20,000 bases of DNA from an uncultured virus (IMG/VR IMGVR_UViG_3300008339_000033). Taxonomy: Duplodnaviria > Heunggongvirae > Uroviricota > Caudoviricetes. The position numbers and the translations under genes were made by a program. The stretch is taken from IMG/VR virus record IMGVR_UViG_3300008339_000033; one strand, given 5' to 3'. The first letter of the stretch is position 1, and every line of letters starts with the position of its first letter. Below are positions 7,353 to 15,787 of this stretch, in pieces. Under the pieces are notes generated by a model. The model was not told where the DNA came from, searched no databases, and worked only from the letters and a program-made list of their open reading frames with translations.

Positions 7353-7492
7353 TAGCCTTGTCCTACTGATAATTTTATATAATTTTTGGAGCTTTTCAAA
7401 CCAGAACTTCTTTTTTTGGAATGAACTCCTTTTCTTCTAACTTTTGGTTTTTCTATTCTTTTAGGTGTGGATTGTGTTTTTGCTTTTGCCAT
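7352..7492 (-). CDS. Small very basic protein (46 aa)
   Basis: Not in the ORF track. MAKAKTQSTPKRIEKPKVRRKGVHSKKRSSGLKSSKNYIKLSVGQG*. Starts 1 nt after the upstream stop, and its stop overlaps the next ATG. Confidence 0.8.
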   Translation of the reverse strand: MAKAKTQSTPKRIEKPKVRRKGVHSKKRSSGLKSSKNYIKLSVGQG

Positions 7493-7493
7493 T

Positions 7494-7760
7494 TTAGTAT
7501 TCTTCTATTTTTAATTTTAAATTAGTAGTTCCTTTTATAACTCGATGCCATTCTAATGCAGGTATAACTATTTGATCTCCAGGATTTAATTGTTTTGGTA
7601 AAGAATCTTCTTGTTGATAAGACCAACCTATACCTTCTAAAATTGTTATTTGCCTTGTTTTAAGATCTCTATGCCACATAAGTTCAATAGGATCTATATT
7701 TTCGTCAAATATACGAATTTTAGTATCTTCAGATATTATATTATCTTGGTATGGTTTCAT
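7494..7760 (-). CDS. Cupin-like small protein
   Basis: WHRD...ITILEG.GW and LNPGDQIVIPALEWHRVIKG resemble cupin motifs 1 and 2. Start set at ATG 7760 (ATGA overlap with the upstream gene). Confidence 0.65.
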   Translation of the reverse strand: MKPYQDNIISEDTKIRIFDENIDPIELMWHRDLKTRQITILEGIGWSYQQEDSLPKQLNPGDQIVIPALEWHRVIKGTTNLKLKIEEY

Positions 7761-8167
7761 TTTATAGGACCTCCAACAACCCAAGCATCACAAGTTCGAG
7801 CTGAGGCGCATTTGAATTTAAGCATTCTACAGTATCCTAATTTTCCAGCTTCAATAACATCAAATGGATCTTCTGTACCTTCATCATCTCCTATCCCTTT
7901 AGCAATACAATCTAATGTTTTAGTTGTAACATCAAATGCGGCACAATTACCACATAAAGATTTTTTTGCTTCTTCTACATTATCCAATTGCCACATTTCT
8001 GCTTTTTTAGCCCAAAACTTTTGATTTGGTTCATTTGGATTTAAAGGTCCATAACCATATTCATCAATAGCTTTTTGTCTATTTTGCAGATTCAATTCTA
8101 TGTTTTGAGTTGGAGCAGGACATTTATCCAATTCAGCTTCACTTAGTATGTTAATTAGTTTTATCAT
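7757..8167 (-). CDS. Cys-rich hypothetical protein with HiPIP-like cysteine spacing
   Basis: Leader MIKLINILSE; CGNCAAF...LGYCRMLKFKCASARTCDAW. Confidence 0.7.
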   Translation of the reverse strand: MIKLINILSEAELDKCPAPTQNIELNLQNRQKAIDEYGYGPLNPNEPNQKFWAKKAEMWQLDNVEEAKKSLCGNCAAFDVTTKTLDCIAKGIGDDEGTEDPFDVIEAGKLGYCRMLKFKCASARTCDAWVVGGPIK

Positions 8168-8934
8168 TTTGTTTTACCCCATTTTTTACCTTTACCAGGT
8201 GTTTTACATTGAGCGGGTGTAGGACGACATGAAGGATATTTAGCACGTTTTTCACCTTTTTGTCTACCACAAGGTTTACATTTACCATTGCGGCATGTAT
8301 TACAATCTACCCATCCACCTGTTTTACCAGGAGCACCTTTGCGTTTAAACCAGGTGCGCAGAGTTTCTTTTTGTGCTTCGGTTAATTCTTCTGTAACTAT
8401 TTTTTTATAACTATTTTTAATATTATTTATTCTTTTTAGCCATTCTTCTTTATAATTAATACCATTTGGAGCGGGTTTATCTGTTACAAATTGCTCAATT
8501 CTTGGTTCAATATAAATTAAAAAACCTCTTATTATACCTAATATAGATGAGAGCAGTTTTGGGTTGCTGGGAATATTATTGATATTATCTTTAAGAAAAT
8601 CAAAATAATTTTTACCATTTATTATTGGTTTTCTTAATTGTTGCATCATAAGAGTAAGTTCTTTAGTTGCATTTTCATCTTTTCCCATTTTAGTAATTTG
8701 ACTAAAATTAAGAGATATAAGTGTGCTAAAATCTACTAAAAAATCTTTAACCTCAGCAGGAGTAGATGCTTCTTTTAAATCTTTCCAGATTTTACCTTTA
8801 CGACACCTAACGATAGCACCTGATTTATAAGCAGAAGGTTTATCAAATTTGCGATCTGCAATACGTTTACAACGATCAGCTTTCTTTTTTTCTTCTAAAA
8901 GAATTTCATTTAATATATCAATAAGTTTTACCAT
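8164..8934 (-). CDS. Modular hypothetical protein with two basic Cys-containing modules
   Basis: Leader MVKLIDILNE; module DRCKRIADRKFDKPSAYKSGAIVRCRKG; helical middle region; module LRTWFK...GGWVDC..C...CKPCGR...YPSCRP. Confidence 0.8.
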   Translation of the reverse strand: MVKLIDILNEILLEEKKKADRCKRIADRKFDKPSAYKSGAIVRCRKGKIWKDLKEASTPAEVKDFLVDFSTLISLNFSQITKMGKDENATKELTLMMQQLRKPIINGKNYFDFLKDNINNIPSNPKLLSSILGIIRGFLIYIEPRIEQFVTDKPAPNGINYKEEWLKRINNIKNSYKKIVTEELTEAQKETLRTWFKRKGAPGKTGGWVDCNTCRNGKCKPCGRQKGEKRAKYPSCRPTPAQCKTPGKGKKWGKTK

Positions 8935-11900
8935 GATTTCTTTTGAGTAAAGAATTGAGTTAAATCTTTAGAAATTGTTTCTTTTAAATCACTTTCAACC
9001 ATTTTTAAATCATTCATACCATATACTCTTTGGTAAGATCTTTCTACATCAGCATATCCACCTTCAATACTATTATTATTTAATGTACTTTTTCCGGATA
9101 AGGTTTTAACTATTTTACCTTTATCATCAGATAATACCCATTTAGGATATAAAGTAGATCTTTCTTTATCAACAGGTAATAATGCATATGTGTTTGAACC
9201 ATCTTTTATAATAAAAGGTAATCCCCATATTAATGTAGCATATTCTGTATTTTGATCGTATTTTTCAGCTAATGTCATAATAGCTTTTCTTTCAGAATCG
9301 GATAAAGCAGTCCATTGAGAATATAACATTGGTCTAGGATCAATTTGCTGTTCAGGCATATCTGATAAATTTTCTAACTGTTCATCATCAATGTTAGTAT
9401 TGGCTTCATATTCCCAAGAATCAAATAATTTAGAATAAATTTCAAATAATTGCTTTAATTTAGGATCTTTAATATACTTGGATGCTTCTTTTGGTAAAAA
9501 GTCAAGATTTTTAATTTGTTTATTTACATAATCTGAGGTTACTTTTTCACCAAAGTATTTATCTAAATATTCATATGTTAAATATCCATCAAATGTATCA
9601 GCATACTTTTGTTTAGCGGCATCATCCAAATATTTTACATAAGGTAATGGAATTGGGTCTGCAGAATAATTAGTATGTCTAAATCTGAAAACTGCATATC
9701 GTTTTGCTAATGCTTCATTATCCTTTAAGGCAGAATATGAGAATTTTTGTCCACTATCGATAGCAACATTAGCTAATGTGGTTGATCTACCTTCTAAATT
9801 AATTTTATATTTAGGTAAGATAGCTAAAATATCAGGAGTAATTGCATTTTTAGAGGCTTTACCTTGAATATAGAGAATTTTTTCATCTTGAGTTAATTCT
9901 TTAAATTCATCTAAAGTTAAGTTTTTACCCGAAGCAAATTTTCTACCTCTTTCAACTGGTGATAAAGCAATTGGTTTAAAGTAATCTTTTAAATCTTTAA
10001 TTTTAGCCCATGTATCAGGAGGTACTATTTTTTCTATACCTTCCCAACCATTAGCACGTATATCACCTCTATTATTAGCTCCTGTAACAATATATGTTTT
10101 ACCATCTGCTGTTACTTGAATTACAAAAGCATGCCATTGATCATCAAAGCTTCCTTTAGGACCAGATGATGGTTTATTTCTATCAAATACAAAATAGAAT
10201 GTAGGTGATTGATCACCAAATCTATAATAATCATAATTTGTGTTTCCTATTTGAGTAACACACCACCCGTATTTTTTCGTACCTTTTTCTACTGGATTGT
10301 AAGAAATACATTTATGTACATCATCTCCTTTATAGATTTCTATTCCGTTTTTATCATAGATTTTATCAGCATCTGTAGATACTGTATTTTCTTCTCCTTC
10401 TACTGATTTTCCTGCTGCAGGAAATAATGCATCCATCATTTGTTCAAATGGTTCCCATGTCCAATTTCTAGGGTCTAGGTATGCATTGTTAATCATTAAA
10501 CGTTTAGGAACAAATTGATCTATATCTTCTTTTGATATGGTACTTCCTTCTTGTCCAGCAAATTTTAAATCATCTTTTTTGGTCATGAAGCGAGCTACAT
10601 AAGATTGAGCTGTATTTCTATCAATTCCTTCTTTTTCAACAAACTTTTTTATTGCTTCTTTTTTAGCTTTTTCTGGGTTTTCAGGGATTGAGGCAATTAA
10701 TTTAATCATATCCTCAAATGAGTATTGGTTAATATCTAAGTATTTGTTACTCTTTTTTAATTCATCTGGTAGAACAACTATATCTAATTTTTGTGCTAAT
10801 GAACCTTTAATTTGATCAAAACGTTGAATCAATTGTTTTGCAGCATTTTGATCATATCCTTTTTCATCTTTCCAACGATCAAGAGTAGCATTAATTACTT
10901 TATCACTATATTCATTTAATTGATCAGGTTCAGCATTATCATTAATTTTTAATGCTTGTAAAATTTGTTCTTTGGTAGCATTTCCATCAGCAAATATCTT
11001 ACTGTCATCTATATTTTTTTCATCAGGATCAGGTAATCTTAAAGCTTTTCCTGATTTAAAATACTTACTATAAATATATAGTTGACCAGCTTGTGGATTT
11101 TCTGTTTGAGTTTGAGCTATTAATATAGGTTCTCCTTTGTAATAAGATAATACAAAAGTAGATCTCATACTTCTAACATAATCACCATCACCTTTTATCC
11201 ATCCTACCCAAGTTTCTTTAGGTTCAATTCCTAATTTATTAAAAACACTTAAAACTCTTTGTCTAGTTCTATTATCAACATTTTTACCATAGAAAGAAAC
11301 TGAGGCTCCTACTCTTCCTTTAGAAACATCATATTTTCCTATTTTTAAATCTAAAACGGGGAATGAGCTAGGATCTTTAATTTTACTACTAGGTGCTTTT
11401 ACTCTAATTTCATCTAAACCTGTTGCGCTAAAGTCATCTGATTTTAAATCAACAGTAATATCTCTTAAAGTATCTTTAACCCATTTTTGTTGTGATGGAG
11501 TTAATTCTTCGTTTATTGCGTTTTCTATAAATAAAATAAATTCATCATCATCTAATTGATATACTTCTTGGAAAAAGAATTCTCTAGCTCTTAAATCATC
11601 AGAAAGTCCACTATCAATAAAAGCATTATTTAAAGCATCAAAAATGAATTTACCATAACGAATATCTGATGGTTCGTTTTTAAGTAAATCTACTTTATCA
11701 ACTACTGCTTGATTAGCTTCTTTATCTCCTTTAAATCCTTGTAATGAAATTAATTCATATAAACCTTTAATTAATTCGTGAACTAACATTGGAAAACAAA
11801 TTGCACGAGCTTTAATTGTAATACCTGAATCTGCTTCGATTATTTGGCTTTCAGTTAAAATATTTTTTATTTTATCTTCAATCTCATTTTTAAAATCTTC

Positions 11901-12644
11901 AAAACCTTCTTCATCATCACTAAAAAAGAATTTTTCCCAAACTAAATTATTTATTGCGTCTTCAGATTTAAGTTTAACAATAGTATTAATGATTTCATCA
12001 TAATATTCATTATTTTCATCATCATCCTCATCTTGCAATGATTTAAAATAATCTATAACTGCTTGTCTATAATATTTAAATCTATTAGGAACTAGAACTT
12101 CAATTTCTTTCATAATTACTTTAGAAGAACCACCAGCCATTTTTTGTCCTTGTGCTAACATAGACAAAAACATAGCTATTGCGTTTTCATCATCATAAAC
12201 ACCAAATACTTTTTTCATTATTTGGTTGTAATTTTCTACTAATGATGGATCTAAATCATCTAAATGTTCTTTAAATAAATAGAATGCAAATGCCCCACGC
12301 AATGCAGCACCTTGTGTAATTGCGTTAGTAATACGACGACGAGATTCTGGTGAAAGGGCTTCATCTAATTCTCTTCCTACCTCAGCCATATCCACTATTT
12401 TAGCATCTAAAACAATACCTTCTTGATCAATGATAGGGTAAAGTTCTTTAACCATATCTACAGCTAATTGTTCTAACTGTGCTTTATATGGTGCTTCTGC
12501 TCTAATGATTTGAGATAACAATCGTTGAGAAGACATCATAGCCTGCATGAGATTTTCATTACCTAACATATCTTTTAGGTTCTCTGAAGACTTTTTATTT
12601 AATTTTTGTAATGTTTTAGAGCTAAAAAAATCTTTGTATTCCAT
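8928..12644 (-). CDS. Large modular hypothetical protein (1238 aa); candidate processed head-internal polyprotein
   Basis: Long ORF; N-terminal region with IKARAICFPMLVHELIKGLYE; cassettes starting at MKE-IEVLVP and LDE-IRVKAP; C-terminal region with WCVT...YYRF...TFYFVFD. Confidence 0.85.
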   Translation of the reverse strand: MEYKDFFSSKTLQKLNKKSSENLKDMLGNENLMQAMMSSQRLLSQIIRAEAPYKAQLEQLAVDMVKELYPIIDQEGIVLDAKIVDMAEVGRELDEALSPESRRRITNAITQGAALRGAFAFYLFKEHLDDLDPSLVENYNQIMKKVFGVYDDENAIAMFLSMLAQGQKMAGGSSKVIMKEIEVLVPNRFKYYRQAVIDYFKSLQDEDDDENNEYYDEIINTIVKLKSEDAINNLVWEKFFFSDDEEGFEDFKNEIEDKIKNILTESQIIEADSGITIKARAICFPMLVHELIKGLYELISLQGFKGDKEANQAVVDKVDLLKNEPSDIRYGKFIFDALNNAFIDSGLSDDLRAREFFFQEVYQLDDDEFILFIENAINEELTPSQQKWVKDTLRDITVDLKSDDFSATGLDEIRVKAPSSKIKDPSSFPVLDLKIGKYDVSKGRVGASVSFYGKNVDNRTRQRVLSVFNKLGIEPKETWVGWIKGDGDYVRSMRSTFVLSYYKGEPILIAQTQTENPQAGQLYIYSKYFKSGKALRLPDPDEKNIDDSKIFADGNATKEQILQALKINDNAEPDQLNEYSDKVINATLDRWKDEKGYDQNAAKQLIQRFDQIKGSLAQKLDIVVLPDELKKSNKYLDINQYSFEDMIKLIASIPENPEKAKKEAIKKFVEKEGIDRNTAQSYVARFMTKKDDLKFAGQEGSTISKEDIDQFVPKRLMINNAYLDPRNWTWEPFEQMMDALFPAAGKSVEGEENTVSTDADKIYDKNGIEIYKGDDVHKCISYNPVEKGTKKYGWCVTQIGNTNYDYYRFGDQSPTFYFVFDRNKPSSGPKGSFDDQWHAFVIQVTADGKTYIVTGANNRGDIRANGWEGIEKIVPPDTWAKIKDLKDYFKPIALSPVERGRKFASGKNLTLDEFKELTQDEKILYIQGKASKNAITPDILAILPKYKINLEGRSTTLANVAIDSGQKFSYSALKDNEALAKRYAVFRFRHTNYSADPIPLPYVKYLDDAAKQKYADTFDGYLTYEYLDKYFGEKVTSDYVNKQIKNLDFLPKEASKYIKDPKLKQLFEIYSKLFDSWEYEANTNIDDEQLENLSDMPEQQIDPRPMLYSQWTALSDSERKAIMTLAEKYDQNTEYATLIWGLPFIIKDGSNTYALLPVDKERSTLYPKWVLSDDKGKIVKTLSGKSTLNNNSIEGGYADVERSYQRVYGMNDLKMVESDLKETISKDLTQFFTQKKSW

Positions 12645-12645
12645 A

Positions 12646-12930
12646 TTATCGTATAAATATTCTATTTAATGTAAATAAGAATTCTTCTTCACCATATCCC
12701 ATATCTTCATATATTTTAGATATTTCTACTAAACTATTAACATCATCTGGGACTTCGCTTAGTGCTTGTTTAAAATCAGCTATATATTCTTCAGGATCTT
12801 CAAATTCAAGCTCTTCTGCTGTATCTGCCATATCTTGTACTAGAGCTGCTTTTAATGTATCTAACGAAACAGGAATAATCCCACCTGGGGATTTTACCTT
12901 AATTTCATTTAAAAGATCAACTAGTTTCAT
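12646..12930 (-). CDS. Small acidic hypothetical protein with leader MKLVDLLNE-IKVKSP
   Basis: ATGA overlap with the upstream gene; Asp/Glu-rich; shared motif. Confidence 0.8.
   Translation of the reverse strand: MKLVDLLNEIKVKSPGGIIPVSLDTLKAALVQDMADTAEELEFEDPEEYIADFKQALSEVPDDVNSLVEISKIYEDMGYGEEEFLFTLNRIFIR
12651..12660 (-). promoter_or_regulatory. Putative late-promoter motif ATATTTATAC
   Basis: Variant motif 6 nt upstream of ATG 12644, embedded in the 3' end of the upstream gene. Confidence 0.45.
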
Positions 12931-13163
12931 TTTGATAATTTTTTAAAGCGAGCAGCAATTTTTTTAGCCATTTCTTCTTCCTTCATCATAGCCTTTGGTC
13001 TAGGATTAGGAGCTTTATCTTTATCAGGAACTAAGGATCTACGTTTAGGTTTAGTTCCAGTTTCTTCTTTTTCTTTGGTTCCTGGTTTAGTTATAGTTTC
13101 GTTTTCTTTTAAAGAATTTAAAAGTTCTTCTTTAATAATTCTACGGAGTTCTGAAAGATTCAT
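12927..13163 (-). CDS. Small hypothetical protein with leader MNLSELRRIIKEELLNSLKE
   Basis: ORF in the operon; leader followed by a Pro/Lys low-complexity region. Confidence 0.8.
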   Translation of the reverse strand: MNLSELRRIIKEELLNSLKENETITKPGTKEKEETGTKPKRRSLVPDKDKAPNPRPKAMMKEEEMAKKIAARFKKLSK

Positions 13164-13178
13164 AGTTTATTTGTTTTT

Positions 13179-13727
13179 TTATCCGAAATATTGATTTTCA
13201 AAATACAATACTTCAAAGTTATTAGATACGTTAATTAATTGGGCTGCGTTTAATAAATCAGCATATTCTGCTACTGATGTTTTTTGGATAATTCTTAATT
13301 CTTGTAAGAAATCAAAAGTAGCTAAATCTGCTGGAAATACTTCTGCTGAATTTGAGTTATATTTGGCAAATAGATCATATTCTAATTGATATGCTTTATT
13401 TACTACATCGATAAGATTAGAAAATACAGGAATCATTTTAACCGAAGGAATAACAGGCATTACATTCCAACTAGTTAAATAATTTTGTATTTTTTCAGCA
13501 TGAGTTAACTCATTATCTGCTTCTGCTTTAAAATAAGCTGCTGCTTTTTTATATGCTTTATCTTCACACCAGTTAGATGCGTTTCTATAGAAATAGTGAG
13601 CAGTATATTCGTCACCTATTCTTTCAATAAGCATTTTAGCTACTTCAGGTGATAAAGTTTTAGGAATTAAAACTTCTGATTGTGAAGCAGGTTGTATTTC
13701 GTTAAGTAAATTTAACTTATTATTCAT
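13179..13727 (-). CDS. Ferritin-like protein (non-haem ferritin type) with an N-terminal extension
   Basis: LIERIGDEYTAHYFY...W.....Y..AA.YF..EADNELTHAEKI..YL, AYQLE and FDFLQEL...Q follow the FtnA four-helix pattern. Confidence 0.85.
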   Translation of the reverse strand: MNNKLNLLNEIQPASQSEVLIPKTLSPEVAKMLIERIGDEYTAHYFYRNASNWCEDKAYKKAAAYFKAEADNELTHAEKIQNYLTSWNVMPVIPSVKMIPVFSNLIDVVNKAYQLEYDLFAKYNSNSAEVFPADLATFDFLQELRIIQKTSVAEYADLLNAAQLINVSNNFEVLYFENQYFG

Positions 13728-13739
13728 ATCAATTTATTT

Positions 13740-14642
13740 TTACCAGTAACCACTAAAGTTTTTAGAACCACCCAAAGATTTCCAATATCTACCTATTCGG
13801 CAAGACCAATATGAGGCTTTAGTTCTATCTGTCTTTTGTGCACATTTGTGTCGTTTAGCAAAAGCATTTCTAGCTTTAGGATCATTTATTTTTGTTGATA
13901 AACCACCTGAATCTCCAAAAGATACTTTTCTAACTTTACCTTTATCCATTACATAAACATAGAATTTCTTACCTGAAGATCCTCCACGTTTTGGTTTACC
14001 AATTTGTACTTTTTTGCCTTGATATTCTGCTTCATTTAAATCTAATAAATGTTTATAATCATCATAAACATCATAATCTATTAAAATAGACATAATATTA
14101 TTTAAATCAAATTTAGGAGCAGAATATGCATCTAATAAATCTTGATATAAATCTGAATCAGGGCCCCAATCATTACTAACATAAGTTAGAATTTTTTCAT
14201 AAGGTACAGCAGATACCATATCAGCCATTTCTATATCTTCCATTCCTCCTAATGTATCTCCAAAAATGTCAAGAGTTTCTTCAATCATAGGCATATCTAA
14301 GGGTACTAATTTACCCTCATATAAACCATATTGACCTAAATCAGTTTCTAATATAATTTCTTTATCTAATCCTGATAAACTAACGGCATTGCGAGAATAT
14401 AAATAACGAGCTTCAGCCCATAAATCTAAAAATGATTTAGAGCCATATCGGAATGTGTTTTCAGTAAGCGGTTTTTTATTGTCTATATGATATTTCATAT
14501 TTTCGGTCATAACCACTTGCGCTTTTAAACCTTCATTTAATATAGGCGCTTTAGAACAACCACCACCACATCCACAACCACAGTCATGTTTTACATTTTG
14601 TTTTAATAAAACTTCTCTAATGATTTTTTTGATGTTTTCCAT
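13740..14642 (-). CDS. Modular hypothetical protein with a basic C-terminal AEYQG...F..RH.C...YWSC module
   Basis: Leader MENIKKIIREVLL; CGCGCGGGC; YHIDNKKPL...VPLDMP module; acidic insert; then LNE followed by AEYQGKKV..GKP...VSFG...FAKRHKC...YWSC, a pattern I recall from T4-like phage hypothetical proteins. Confidence 0.8.
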   Translation of the reverse strand: MENIKKIIREVLLKQNVKHDCGCGCGGGCSKAPILNEGLKAQVVMTENMKYHIDNKKPLTENTFRYGSKSFLDLWAEARYLYSRNAVSLSGLDKEIILETDLGQYGLYEGKLVPLDMPMIEETLDIFGDTLGGMEDIEMADMVSAVPYEKILTYVSNDWGPDSDLYQDLLDAYSAPKFDLNNIMSILIDYDVYDDYKHLLDLNEAEYQGKKVQIGKPKRGGSSGKKFYVYVMDKGKVRKVSFGDSGGLSTKINDPKARNAFAKRHKCAQKTDRTKASYWSCRIGRYWKSLGGSKNFSGYW

Positions 14643-14644
14643 AA

Positions 14645-14654
14645 TTATAAATAT
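14645..14654 (-). promoter_or_regulatory. Putative late-promoter motif ATATTTATAA
   Basis: Fills almost the whole 11-nt gap between two genes. Confidence 0.6.
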
Positions 14655-15787
14655 TACTGTATTTTGACAAATTCTCCATCTATCAATTCATAAATATGGG
14701 TAGCTGAAGTTGCTATTTTTTTAGTTTGAACAATTGATTCATTGTGTTTTATTCCAAACATATTTCTATCATAACGATATGAAGCCACAAAATATGGATA
14801 GTAATCACCTTGAGGGATTTGTGGGGGTAATAAATAGTAAGGAGCAGATAAACTATATAAATTTTCTCCTTGAGGTATAAGTTGGATTTCTCCTTGTGTT
14901 ATAATGTTTACATTTTCTGATCCATAAGAATTACTTCCATATTCAGGACCATAAATTAATTTTCTGATTAAATTTTCATTCTTTACAGGAGCTATAAATT
15001 TTGTAGTATTAGGCATTCCTACTAAACCTTTATCAATAAGAAACTTTTTTAATTTTAAAATGAATTCTTCAACTTCAGGTTCATTTTCATATCTAGTAAA
15101 ACCACTCCATCTTATAAAATCACCTGCAGATGGTTCTGATCCTCCTGATTTTTTATGAGAGATAAAAATTTGAGGATTACTATCTTGATCAAATAAGAAA
15201 AAATCTGCTTTTGGTGTTTTAGGTTGAGTTGCAGCTCCTATAATATTATTATAAATTTGTCCTCCAACTATTATATTGATAGGTTCTCCATTATTTTGTT
15301 CAATACGAGTTTGAATTTTTTCTGAGAGTAATCTTAGATTATAATCTTCAACTTTTGTACCTGAGCCTTTGCCTTTACCTCCAAAATATGGATCTTTTAA
15401 TAAATCAGAAATACTATATTCTGTTCCTGAATCGTCTTTAAAAAACTTAAATAAATTTATATCTTTAGGGGAAAATAATTTTATTCTAGCATCTTCTGCT
15501 TTTTCAAAAGCCTCTTGATATTCAGGTTTTGAAAATTCTAAAGCAGTAGAACTTCCGTTAACTAATTCAAATGGAACTTTATTTTTAATTCTAGTGGCTA
15601 GATCTTTAAATCTATAACCTCCTCGTTTTTTTAAATCTCCAAATGATAGTTGCTTAAAAATTTCGTGTAAACCCATTTGTTCAAAAACTGATTCCAAAAT
15701 TAAGATATCCTGTTCATTATTCATGTCAGGATATCCTTTTGGAAATTTATATGCTATTTTATTTAAGAATGTATCTAAAATGTCCAT
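14654..15787 (-). CDS. Putative PD-(D/E)xK (restriction-endonuclease-fold) nuclease
   Basis: Helix GTKVED, then TPKADFFL...IFISHKK, i.e. an E...D...SxK variant of the catalytic motif. N-terminal region AYKFPKGYPD...GLHE. Confidence 0.55.
   Translation of the reverse strand: MDILDTFLNKIAYKFPKGYPDMNNEQDILILESVFEQMGLHEIFKQLSFGDLKKRGGYRFKDLATRIKNKVPFELVNGSSTALEFSKPEYQEAFEKAEDARIKLFSPKDINLFKFFKDDSGTEYSISDLLKDPYFGGKGKGSGTKVEDYNLRLLSEKIQTRIEQNNGEPINIIVGGQIYNNIIGAATQPKTPKADFFLFDQDSNPQIFISHKKSGGSEPSAGDFIRWSGFTRYENEPEVEEFILKLKKFLIDKGLVGMPNTTKFIAPVKNENLIRKLIYGPEYGSNSYGSENVNIITQGEIQLIPQGENLYSLSAPYYLLPPQIPQGDYYPYFVASYRYDRNMFGIKHNESIVQTKKIATSATHIYELIDGEFVKIQ

Noticed and set aside
11760..11800. Active zinc metalloprotease (HELIKG)
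   Set aside because: It lacks the second His of HExxH, so protease activity cannot be supported.
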